The notes below the pieces were generated by a model. It did no database searches and was not told the origin of the DNA. It was given only the letters and a program-made list of their open reading frames with translations. 64,000 nt of DNA, taken from positions 62,001 through 126,000 of the forward strand of contig NC_073409.1 of the NCBI RefSeq assembly GCF_028641065.1, in the 5' to 3' direction. Positions within the stretch are counted from its first letter, which is position 1. Every line of letters starts with the position of its first letter. The stretch is from Leucoraja erinacea (taxonomy: Eukaryota). Made by a program: the position numbers and the translations under genes. Of this stretch, positions 49,029 through 60,402 are shown in pieces.

Positions 49029-50533
49029 TCTGCGCCAGCACGGGGGGGGGGGGGGGGGGTGTGGTTGGCCACTGGTGGTGCCTGGCCCCTCGGCGAGCGG
49101 GTTCCTCGGGAGTTGGGTTGGGCTGGAGTTGGCGCTTCTTCTCCGCGCTGGCTGTGGGCCTGGAGCCGCTGGGATGGGACACCCAGCTGCGGCTCGACAG
49201 CACCTGCGGCGCTGGGTACCCAGGTTCGATCCTGGCTGCGGATGAAGCGCAGGTCTGTGAGCAATCTCCGCTGTCTCTCACTCGCATCTGCCCCCTCTCT
49301 GTTGCTGTTACCCCGCTCTCCCGCTACCCTGTTTGTTTGGGGGGGGGGGGGGGGGTGAGGAGTTGACCATTTATGGGAGTCTCTCTGGAATCGAGAATTT
49401 AATTGCTCATTTGTATTCGTATTAGCAGGATAGTTTGACTCAGAAACTATCATCGTTGTGTTCTAGTCTGGAATACATTCACTTTCCTATAATGTGACCA
49501 CACGGCACCCCTGTTCCTCAGATTAAAGATATTTTTACACATAAATTATGAACAAAGATGAGAATTTATATACTGTTTCTTCAGCCAGCTAGTTCGCTTT
49601 TGTTTATGGTGAAAGACCTTTGACAAATCCCATGAATCCTTGCGGTTTTTGGAATACCGAACTCGCTTATTGCTTACCTTTTTGGACATGGGGACGTTGT
49701 TCTTTAGTTTTAGTGTTTCTGTGAGCATGTAACTAGATTTGAAGGAAACTGTTGACATGTTTGTGGACACATGTATGATCAGAGTAGATAGGGGGATGAT
49801 AGATGGCTCTGATTTGCTGGGCAGTAGAGCCTATTCCTGTGTTGCACCTCTCTATTACTCAGTTTGAGTATCATTCTGCATATTTGTGTATCCAATTCTG
49901 TCAGTCTTTGTGGGTGCGTTTCTATAGATTCTATGATGGGCCCAAGGGAGACTGTTTGTACATTTGTGTGTAAGTTTCTGTTTTTTTTAATCCTTGTGTA
50001 TACATATTTCTGCAAATCTTTGTGTGTGGTGAAGGTTTGACATGGACATTTGAGTAGTTGTGATTCTGTAGATGTCTGTTGTTCACTTTAGTGGGTATGT
50101 ACTTGTGAAGAATTGTCTGGATATTTCTGTATTTCTCTACTTTTGTGTGCAGGTGCGATTCTGAATGTAATCTTCAGTGGTTCTCTGTGTGTCTGCAGAT
50201 TTGTGCAAACAGTTTAATATGTGAGGAGTTCTAAAGATCAGAGCATGCCAGTTTTGTAGATTTGTGTGTATTTTTGGAGAGAGCTGTCCAGTTTGCACAA
50301 ATCTGTCAGTTATCTTTCACAAATTGGAGTTTCAGTACTCTTGAGTGTATTCGTAGATTCTGTACATCCTTAGATTGATGAATGTTTATCTTTCTGCAGA
50401 TCCATATCAATATCTCTGTATCTACCTGAACATTTCTGTAAACTGTGACATGGTGTTTAGTTAAATCTATAACTTTTGTGAATTTATTGCATGCTTAGGT
50501 AGAAATTTGTACATGGCTTTTTATTCCTGTAAA

Positions 50534-50536
<3 letters not shown>

Positions 50537-50569
<33 letters not shown>
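50537..50569. repeat. (GT)n microsatellite
   Basis: Read directly from the sequence. Confidence 0.95.
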
Positions 50570-50570
<1 letters not shown>

Positions 50571-53454
50571 ATGTGCGTATTTATATGTACATATGCATGC
50601 ACCGGTAAAGACTCCACCCATGGGTGTCTTTGAATATTCATGAAATACATGCGTATATTTGTGTTAATCTTTGTGCATGCATGATTCTGAAGATCCAATG
50701 TGTTTGAATTTGCCACTAGTAATTTCTGTAGGTATTTCTGTACATTATTGAGTGTGTTTCTGTGATAATGAAGGTTTCTGTTTGATTTGTGTGCTTGTAA
50801 GAATGTGTGAATCCATGCGTATATTTACACGTTGACCTGGGTGCGTTTCTACAATAAAACGGTATCATGATGGAACACTCAGTAGGCCAGACAGCGTGAG
50901 TGGGAACGGGCTGAAATAGTGTATGTACTCAGTGGACAGGCTGAAATAGTGTATGTACTCAGTGGGACAGGCTGTAAAGCTGCAGCGAGTAAGAAATTAA
51001 TTCTTCCGGATCACTTCCTGTGCATTTGACAAGTAAACACTCTTGAACTTTAGATCCATGTTCAATGGTATGTGCAGAAATACCGTGAAATGCTTGTTCT
51101 GCATGCTGTCCAGCAAGTGATATCATACAACAGCACCACAGAACCTCGCCTAGAACAGCATGAAGAGAGGCGCCATCTTGCACCTTCCAAGTTTCTGAAA
51201 GGTATGATCTTTGCCCGGCTGCTCTCGGGCCTCCTGCAGCCACCTCCACCAACACCACAACCTCTGACTGCCACCGCCAGCAACTATCCCCTCCACTACC
51301 CTATGCTGAGGTTGCCTTGTCCCACCTCCCGAGCCCACCATGGAACAACAGTATTTTCTGAGGGTGTGGAATGTAAGTTTGCAGACCGTCCCCTTCACCT
51401 TCCACTGCCTGCATCACAATGCAGCCCGGACAGAGTAACTCAGCGGCTCAGGTAGCTTCTGGAGGGAAGGATAGACAGCATTTTGAGTTGGGATCCTTCT
51501 TCAGATGTGTGTGTGTGGATTAGTACATGTTGGAATCTGCAGATCTGAGTCTTCATATCTTAGTTATGTTTCTTTCTGTATCTGTGCACCAGACTGTAAC
51601 CACACACATCCACCCTCCAACAAATTGGTGGTTTTCAGAATGACATTATGTTTTGAAAGGATAAACTGAGAGTTTGTTGTTTCTTTCATTTTGTTGTAAA
51701 AATAGAGGCTGAAGATGATCGAAGAAGAATATAGTGGTAAATTGGTGATGATATGTTCACATTGAAAAAGATAAGGTCACAGAATGCTTTATCATAGTGG
51801 CACACAGGGAGTGTTTGCTGAGGAAATCATGATAAATTGGATAAATATTTGAAGAGGTATCGGATTCGAAGATTAATTTGGGTTTACACTAAAGAACTAG
51901 CATAGGCTCAATTGGTAAATGATTTCATGGTTTGTGAACGTATGATTGGTCACATAGGGACGCATGTGAATAAATAATTGAATATGGTTTAAAATGTTCA
52001 GTACACACTGTTTAAATACACTGTTGATGGATTCTTGGTTGCTACATTAACTGGAGTACTTGAAGATGCTACACTAACTAGCAAAATCAAAACGCAACAG
52101 ATTCTCTGAAAAGAGTGAGTTATGTTTCAAGTCAAAGACCCTTCATTAGAACTTGGAAAGAGGAAAATAAACAAGTTGGTTTTAATTGCTGTAAAGGCAA
52201 AATAAAAGGGTAAATGGAAAGGACAAAGGGACTATGTGGAGGAGTGAGACCAGGATTGTTATGAGTATGTTAGCTTTCCACAGATACTTGCCTAACTTGC
52301 TGAGTGTTCCCAGGATATCCTGTTTTTGTATGGAGAGAAGGCTGATTGCTAGTATCTGTAGTTTCTATGTATCTGATTGCTAGTATCTGTAGTATACATT
52401 TTTGCGTTCATTTTGATATGTTTGCAGAATATTGCCATACAGGGTAACTTGTAACTACACCAACCAACTGTAAAGCAGCTGAGCCTTCAGCTGCAGATGG
52501 ATAGCATAATTAGGCTTCTTGTATAAAAATCATAGGGTATTTTCTCAGGTTATAATTTGATCAAAATTTACGTGAAAAATGCAACATATGCCATCTTCTC
52601 ATGAAATATATATGGGGTGTGGCATGCTTGCATTCATCAGTCAGGTATTTGAGCATGAGACTTGCGCATTTCGATGAATTCTCACGCTGATCACAAATTC
52701 CTCACGCTCTGTCATGAGAAATTCTGTGATCAACGAGAATTTCAAAACTCATATCAGCTGCATGGGCCGCGGGTGTTGGAGAGCCGGGGCTGAGGGAGGG
52801 ATGGCAGCAGAAGCAGCGGCGGGACAGATGCAGATGCAGTTGGGAAGCTGGGGCTGGCGAGTGTTTTCCGGGCTGGCGAGTCGCTCGCTGCAGCTCCGGC
52901 CATGGAGCAGCCTCACTGCAAGAGTCCTGGGGCATCGGAAGTGTTGCACCACTACCGTTAGTCTCTGTGCCGAATTCGCCCTGGTGAACAACATGGATCA
53001 GGCAGCGTCTCTGGAGAGAAGGAATGGGTGACGTTTCTGGTCGTGCCCCTTCTAAGGTCGTTCCTTCTCACACAATGAGACCCAACAAAGCGACTTTGCA
53101 GCTAGTACCAGGTAGTAGTCGGGTGGGGGATGGACGGAGAGAAAGGAGATGTTAAAGAAATCGATATTCATAGTCAATCGGGGAAATTAGTTGATATCTG
53201 TCTTTAAATTGATATTTTGTTCATCTTTAAGTGTAAATCTTGTATCGCGCGACCAAATAAGCAAAGGCAAAATGGTAAATATAAACTACAAATTAACTTC
53301 AGAAAATGAAACTTGCAGAGATGAACTTTTCCCTTCACTTTACAAAGAATAACCTCAGGGATTATCCAGTAAATGCCATTCAAATACTCTGGGATAATAT
53401 TGTTCATGTTCAAATCCGATGGGTAAGTCTTGATTTGATCAATATTATAATTAG

Positions 53455-53725
53455 TTCAAAGATACAGTGTGGAAACAGGCCCTTCGGCCCATCGAGTCAC
53501 TGCTGACCATCGATCACCCATTCACACTGGTTCTGTTATCCCACTTATCCACTCCCTACACACTAGGGGGCAATTTACAGAGGACCTACAACCCGCACGT
53601 CTTTGGGATGTGGGAGGAAACCGGAGCACCCCCAGGAAACCCACGCGGTCACAGGGAAAACGTGCAAATTCCACACAGACAGCACCCGAGACCTGGATCG
53701 AACCCGGGTCTCCGGTGCTGTGGGG
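53455..53725 (-). mobile_element. tRNA-derived V-SINE (HE1-like)
   Basis: The minus strand has the B box GGTTCGATCC, the V-domain GTGTGGAATTTGCACGTTTTCCCTGTGACCGCGTGGGTTTCC and a CR1-like tail. Confidence 0.8.
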
Positions 53726-55139
53726 CATTAATCGTAATGCTAATACTTGGGCCTCTGCTGATATGCCGGGATGATTACACAATATTACTGATTATTAATC
53801 CATTGTATTATTGATTATATATGTTGCGCCTGTTCTCCTTTATCTCTACATCAGCTCTTATTGTGATTTTTCTTTTGCCTTTATGCCATGTTTCCCAGTT
53901 CCTCCCTAACATATACTGAAACACTACTTCAGGTCATGTGGCATTAACTATAAGAGGTCTGGGGGGCGGCGAGAAGAAAAGTGACATTAAGGTCAAGATT
54001 AGATCAGCCATGATTCAAGGAGCCTACAGCTGATTCATGTTATTAATCACTGAAACAGGCCTTAACATTTGCATGGTTTTCAGTGAAGAAAGAGTTTGCC
54101 AACTTCAGAGTAAAAATATCTGAGCCAAGGCACAACAAAGAAAAATGTTTTAGCAAATTACGTGAAGTTGAACCAATATCACTGTGTCCTGCAAGGTAAA
54201 AAATAAATATCAATAAAGCACACAGATCCGTGAATACTGCTGATCAAATCAAACCTCCCAATTTCAAACAATTTGTGAGATCATAAATTAGCTGTACTAA
54301 GGTCACATCTGAGATCTTATTAGTGGAAGTAAATCCACTGAATAGACAACATTCAGCTTGAACGAGCCACAATGTTTTAACCCTTCATTTGTTTTTCTGT
54401 AACTCCAGAAGCAAAGTTGAATGGAAGTTGCATTCTAACCTATTCAATTTCCTACCTACTTATTTGTATTTTGCTTTGGCTCGGGCATGCACACGACAAT
54501 CACCTCCACGTGAGTTATATCTTGTTCTTGGCCATTGGACTTTTTATAGTTGTCTGCCACCAGAGGATGAGACCTACCCCTTTGCTGCAAAATCCCCTTC
54601 AGGAATATTTAAGGTAAAACCAGAATATACCTAACAGGTCAGGAGAAAGACACGGTTAATATTTCAGGTTGATGGCCTGTCATGTTGGGGTCACCGTGCA
54701 GCAAAATGTGGGGTGTGAGAGGACAAATTGATTGCTCTTTACCTGTGAGAGCACTGGAGGCAAATGTGAACAGTACAGAATACTATACAAAATGCTGGAG
54801 TAACCCAGTGGGTCAGACAGCATCTTTGGAGGACATGGATAGCTGAAACGTTATTTCAGATTTTCAAGTCGGGAAATATGCTCTTTGCAGCCAGTCAAAC
54901 CATGTCAAAATTCTAATTTTCAATCCGATCCCAAACATTAACTAAATAAATATATACATTGTTGACTGTCTCTTCACAGGGCAGTCCCACCATCCCAGGA
55001 ATCAGTCTAGTCAACCTTTGTTGCACTTTGCCCTATGCATGTGCCTCTTTTCTGATGGAGTTCAAATCCCTAGATTAAATGCAGAGATTTGATGCGTTTA
55101 ACTTCCAAAATACAACCTGGGGTTTTCACAAGTTAGAAT

Positions 55140-55556
55140 TAGGCCATTCAGCCATTGATTCTACTCCACTATTCAATCATGTCTGATCTCTGCCTTCTTC
55201 CCATTACCCTTGATACCTGCTCTAATCAAGATTCAATGTATTTCTGATTTAAAAATATCTACTGACTTGGCCTTCCACAAATTAACTACCCTCTGACAAA
55301 CAAAGTTCTTCCTCACCACCTTTCTAAAACAGTGCCATTTAATTCTGAGGCTATAACCTCTGGTTCTAGAATCTCCCACCAGTGGAAACATCCTTTCCAT
55401 ATCCACTCCATTTCCATATCTATGGCTTTCACCATTCTATATGTTTCAATGATGTCCCCTCTCAACCTTCTAAATTCCAGTGAGTGGAGGCCCAGTGCTG
55501 TCAAACGCTCATCATATGCTAACCCACTCATTCCTGGAATCATTCTTGTAAACCTA
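55140..55556 (-). mobile_element. CR1 LINE 3' fragment
   Basis: RFTRMIPGMSGLAYDERL..LEFRRLRGDIIETY. Confidence 0.8.
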
Positions 55557-55934
55557 TGAAGCAAGTTATTGGGCAAAATCTCCAGCCAAGATGCACTGAT
55601 TTAAGCCAAAGGGGAATCTATTGGGTTTTAATACCGACAAGCATGATCAAACGTTTGTTATAAAACTCTTATAACTTTGGTTTAACTTTACAAGACTGAT
55701 TGTACCTCAAAAATACTTAATGGAGTAGTTTGGAGAGAATTGGATTAAATTAGTTCTAGATAGATATACACTTTATTGTCACATACCGTGAAGGTACAAT
55801 TAAATAGTTTTTTGCATACACAGTACAAGATTCACCACAATGTGCTGACAATGCTACAAAGTACCCTGAAATATAGTTGGTCCATTCATCATCTTCCCCT
55901 GCCCCCTCTCTTTTCCTTGGCGGCCCCCGATTAG

Positions 55935-56240
55935 TTCACAGTTTAAGGATAGGGGGGAAATCTTTTAGGACCGAGATGAGAAAAACATTTTTCACACCGA
56001 GTGGTGAATCTGTGGAATTCTCTGCCACAGAAGGTAGTTGAGGCCAGTTCATTGGCTATATTTAAGAGGGTGTTAGATGTGGCCCTTGTGGCTAAAGGGG
56101 TCATGGGGTATGGAGAGAAGGCAGGTTCAGGATACTAAGTTGGATGATCAGCCATAATCATATTGAATGGTGGTGCAGGCTCGAAGGGCCGAATAGCCTA
56201 CTCCTGCACCTATTTTTCTATGTTTCTATTCTATGTTCTA
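55935..56240 (+). mobile_element. CR1 LINE 3' end
   Basis: Same subfamily as 44032-44330, with a ttctatg tail. Confidence 0.85.
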
Positions 56241-56406
56241 GTGTTAATGGGTGGGTGGTTGGGCAAAGGGCCTGTTTCCATATTGCATTTCACCATCTTT
56301 AAGTACTTTGGCAGTCACACACCTTGAGGTTCTCAGAAAGGAGGCCAATTGCTACTATGTAAATGCAGGCGCTTTTTTCAACAGGACATCATGAAGCTCT
56401 TCACAG

Positions 56407-56432
56407 CAAAGATCCTATAGCAGAGCTCTTTG
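56407..56432. mobile_element. Collapsed 26-bp copy of the 17092 hAT MITE
   Basis: caaagatcctatagcagagctctttg flanked by cttcacag / tttcacag (7 of 8 TSD bases match). Confidence 0.7.
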
Positions 56433-56949
56433 TTTCACAGCTGAATAAATGCTCTGAAGGTGGTCACTGTAATGTCACAAATTATGGTACATAATCTTCA
56501 TGCACTATATTCCAGTTTGATTTGAATTTCAAAAATGAACTTTATTAAGAATAAAAAATATATAAAACAAAAACTGCAAAATTCTTCAATACATATTTAG
56601 TGTTCATTCATTCTATAGTGTTGCACTCAGTAATATTCACATCTTTCTTTAAATAAAATACAAAGTGCTGGCAAACACCTTTGCCGCTCATTTTGCTCCC
56701 AGTGGTGATATCTCTTCCACTGTTTGAGGAGTCCCCCCTCCGGACCCTGCACTGCTCTGCTCAGTAGTGTTGTGGTGCTTGCACACAGTCTGTATTCGTT
56801 GTACCCAACTGCAGTGTGTCCTCGGCCCTAAAGCCCTCGATGTCTCGGAACAGCACGGTAACTTTCATTTTCAAAAATAAACTTTATTCAGAATAAAGTA
56901 TATTCTGACCAGCTGTGTTACAAAGATTCTAGAGTTACTCCAGCACTGT

Positions 56950-57155
56950 GTTAAAGAGGGAACTGCAGATGCTGGAGAATCGAAGGTTACACAGAAAAGC
57001 TGAGAAACTCAGCGGGTGCAGCAGCATCTATGGAGCGAAGGAAATAGGCAACGTTTCGGGTCTGAAGAAGGGTTTCGGCCCGAAACGTTGCCTATTTCCT
57101 TCGCTCCATAGATGCTGCCGCACCCGCTGAGTTTCTCCAGCTTTTCTGTGTAACC
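56950..57155. mobile_element. Fold-back Penelope-terminal-repeat element with 15-bp TSD and a hammerhead-type core
   Basis: Arms at 56985-57060 and 57079-57155; TSD ttactccagcactgt at 56935-56949 and 57156-57170; CTGAAGA...GAAACGTT at 57062-57089. Confidence 0.85.
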
Positions 57156-57221
57156 TTACTCCAGCACTGTATCTGTCGGCGGGATATAAATCCCCAGGCG
57201 CCGGCGGCAATGCGCCTTTAA

Positions 57222-57276
57222 GGGGCGTGGCTAGACAGAGCAGCCAATGAGCGGCTCGTGGCGGGAGGGTTAAAGG
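57222..57276 (+). promoter_or_regulatory. CHSY1 core promoter candidate: GC box GGGGCGTGGC, CCAAT (57244-57248), TATA-like TTAAAGG
   Basis: Motifs in canonical order at the start of a CpG island. Confidence 0.6.
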
Positions 57277-57325
57277 CGCGGGTCGACAGCAGGGAAAGTA
57301 GTGGGAGAGAGAAGAGGAGAGGGGG

Positions 57326-58084
57326 GCGGTGGGGGGGCACTAGGACCGGGCACGGCACGGCGGTGGGGCACTAGGACCCGGCACGGCACGGCAGTGGGGC
57401 ACTAGGACCCGGCACGGCACGGCACGGCAGTGGGGCACTAGGACCCGGCACGGCACGGCACGGCGGTGGGGCACTAGGACCCGGCACGGCACGGCAGTGG
57501 GGCACTAGGACCCGGCACGGCACGGCACGGCAGTGGGGCACTAGGACCCGGCACGCACGGCACGGCGGTGGGGCACTAGGACCCGGCACGGCACGGCAGT
57601 GGGGCACTAGGACCCGGGCACGGCACGGCAGTAGGACCCGGCACGGCACGGCAGTGGGGCACTAGGACCCGGCACGGCACGGCAGTGGGGCACTAGGACC
57701 CGGCACGGCACGGCAGTGGGGCACTAGGACCCGGGCACGGCACGGCAGTGGGGCACTAGGACCCGGCACGGCGGTGGGGCACTAGGACCCGGCACGGCGG
57801 TGGGTCACTAGGACCCGGCACGGCACGGCAGTGGGGCACTAGGACCCGGCACGGCAGTGGGGCACTAGGACCCGGCACGGCAGTGGGGCACTAGGACCCG
57901 GCACGGCAGTGGGGCACTAGGACCCGGCACGGCACGGCGGTGGGGCACTAGGACCCGGCACGGCAGTGGGGCACTAGGACCCGGCACGGCAGTGGGGCAC
58001 TAGGACCCGGCACGGCACGGCGGTGGGGCACTAGGACCCGGCACGGCACGGCAGTGGGGCACTAGGACCCGGCACGGCAGTGGG
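57326..58084 (+). repeat. GC-rich compound minisatellite [GTGGGGCACTAGGACCC(GGCAC)nGGC(A/G)] x ~25 between the CHSY1 promoter motifs and the ATG
   Basis: About 25 TAGGACC cores with mostly 26/31/36-bp spacing, caused by a variable number of GGCAC pentamers. Confidence 0.95.
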
Positions 58085-58236
58085 GAGCGGGGACATGGAG
58101 GAGCGGCAGTGGCGGCACCGCGGGTCCCCGGCCTCCGCCAACCGGCCCCACTAAACGGCGGGGTGATCGCCCCGGCCTCGGGTACCCACAGCCCGACTAG
58201 CGAAGCGGCCGCGATAGAGGCCGGGCCCGGGCGGGG

Positions 58237-59004
58237 ATGGCGCCGCGCTGCCGGCGCTCCTGGCTCAGCGTGTTGTTGGGCCTAGTGCTCGGCTTCGGCC
58301 TCGCCTCCTGGTTGGTGCTGCCCCGGGCCACAGTGCCGGGGCGGGCGGCGCGCCAGCGGGAGAGGGCCGGGTGCGGGCAGTTAGCGGGGTCTGCGGGCGG
58401 GGAGGAGGATGAGGACGAGGATGAGCGGCCCGCCGCCTCCCGCTTCATGTACGTGGGGGTGATGAGCGCCAAGAAGTACCTGAGGAGCCGGGCGCTGGCG
58501 GCCTACGGCACCTGGGCCCGACACATCCCCGGCCGCGTCGAGTTCTTCTCCAGCGAGGGCTCAGACCTCAGCCTGCCGCTGCCGCTCGTCGCCCTCCCCG
58601 GCGTGGACGACACCTACCCGCCGCAGAAGAAGTCCTTCCTGATGCTCAAGTACATGGGCGAGCGGCATCTGCAGCACTTCGAGTGGTTCGTGCGGGCCGA
58701 CGACGACACATACATCCGCGGCGAGAGGCTGGAGCGCTTCCTACGGGGCCTCAACAGCAGCCAGCCGCTGTACCTGGGCCAGACCGGCCTCGGCGCGCCA
58801 GAGGAGATGGGCAAGCTGGCGCTGGAGCCGGGCGAGAACTTCTGCATGGGTGGCCCGGGCGTGGTGCTGAGCCGTGAGCTGCTCCGCCGGGTGCTGCCTC
58901 ACATCGGCCAGTGTCTGCGGGAGATGTACACCACACATGAGGACCTGGAGCTCGGCCGCTGTGTGCGCAGGGTCGCCGGCGTTCAATGCGCCTGGTCTTA
59001 TGAG
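58237..59004 (+). CDS. CHSY1: CHSY1 (chondroitin sulfate synthase 1) first coding exon; the gene continues beyond the window
   Basis: MAPRCRRSWLSVLLGLVLGF...YPPQKKSF...WFVRADDDTYI...ENFCMGGPG...HEDLELGRCV...CAWSYE then GAG|gtaagg; 768 nt. It sits next to SELENOS and SNRPA1, as in human. Confidence 0.93.
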
Positions 59005-59877
59005 GTAAGGACACAAGCCGAGCCTCTGATTCTCCGGCACTTTGTGCTCTCGGGAGGAGGAGGTGATGCCGGGGAAGCAGAGGCAGGGATGCTGCTGGTA
59101 AAACCATAGTCAATGCATGTCACAGTCTGAAAGTATAAACATGAAAACACCAACCTAGGGGAGGGAAGAGCAAAGTGATTGCCAAGTGGTGCGAAGGAGC
59201 TCGCAAGCTTGAAGTCACTTCTACACCCAGGGGGTGATTGATGTACTATAGTGTGGAACTTTTCTCCACGTGACAGCTATTACTCGACCAGTATTTTTAG
59301 TGAGATCCTTTGTCAAGAATGAGGAATTGAAGTTAAAGTTTCGACATAGTAATTGTTATTAAGATTATAAATCAATCATGATTTCATTCAAAGATGCTTG
59401 AAGAGGCATGGATATAAATCGTGCATCAGTATATATGTCTGGAGATATATTAAATAACTCCTAGTTAGGAGTATCAAACAATTGTGTGGATATTTGAGGT
59501 TTTATGTATGAAGAATGTATAAATTCTTCAATTTGTGCAGCTTCTGGATATTAAATCATTTGCATAATATTACTAGATCTTGCAAAATTGAATTTTGAGT
59601 TTAATTTGTGTAACAACATGAAAATCCTGACGTTGCAAGAATCTCCAGGTCAAAAAAATAAAGTGCTGAGGAACTCAGCGGGTCAGGGAATGGATATTTT
59701 GGGATGGGATCCTTTGAGGGACCTTTCTTCAAATGGTCCTCACCCAAAATATCATTAGTCTATTTCCTCCACAGATTCTGTTTTACCTGCTGAGTTCCCA
59801 CAGCACTGTTTCTTGCCCAAAAAGTTCTTTGAATTATGTGCTGTGGATAAAGTGGAGCAAGTCTACTTTATTTGGGG

Positions 59878-60065
59878 TTAAAGAGGGAACTGCAGATGCT
59901 GGAGAATCGAAGGTTACACAGAAAAGCTGGAGAAACTCAGCGGGTGCAGCAGCATCTATGGAGCGAAGGAAATAGGCAACGGATTTCGGCCCGAAACGTT
60001 GCCTATTTCCTTCGCTCCATAGATGCTGCTGCACCCGCTGAGTTTCTCCAGCTTTTCTGTGTAAC
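59878..60065. mobile_element. Second fold-back element, near-identical to 56950-57155, with a 15-bp TSD
   Basis: TSD ctactttatttgggg at 59863-59877 and 60066-60080; the central hammerhead half is deleted. Confidence 0.85.
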
Positions 60066-60366
60066 CTACTTTATTTGGGGACCTTTTTGATAAGTTTTAC
60101 ATCAAAAGTTGTTGAAAATAGAATTTGGTGTAGGTGGATATATATTTATTGGATAGATAATTGACGTACTAACTGGAAAATTGTGCATAAACGACCCTTT
60201 TGTTCGATTGATGTGTCAGTGGGATCAGTACCATAGTCTCGGTTTTTTCCATTTGTCTTGTATGAAGTTAACCGACTGAAGTATGGTGACTTCAATTTTC
60301 TCGATGAAAGAGGACAAAAATAGGTTGTGGCTGTGCAAAGATCTGGCAAATGTGGCAAAAAGATGC

Positions 60367-60402
60367 GAGTCTGAAGAAGGGTCTCCACCTGAAACGTCAC
60401 CC
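60367..60402 (+). ncRNA. Minimal type I hammerhead ribozyme motif (Penelope-derived)
   Basis: gagt-CTGAAGA-agg/gtctcca/cct-GAAAC-GTC-accc has an intact core, a 3-bp helix II, a palindromic loopless helix III and a GUC cleavage triplet. Helix I is weak. Confidence 0.55.

Noticed and set aside
50909-52394. Short two-copy tandem duplications (30 bp at ~50909-50973; 21 bp at ~52342-52393)
   Set aside because: These are ordinary slippage duplications with no further structure.
53690-53725. tRNA gene suggested by the B box GGTTCGATCC
   Set aside because: It is the head of a V-SINE, with no complete cloverleaf.
57371-57649. Cys/Pro-rich 92-aa ORF
   Set aside because: It is a minus-strand translation of the CHSY1 leader minisatellite.
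59005-59109. C-terminal 34 aa of the 290-aa CHSY1 ORF
   Set aside because: This is read-through past a strong GAG|gtaagg donor into the intron; homology ends at WSYE.
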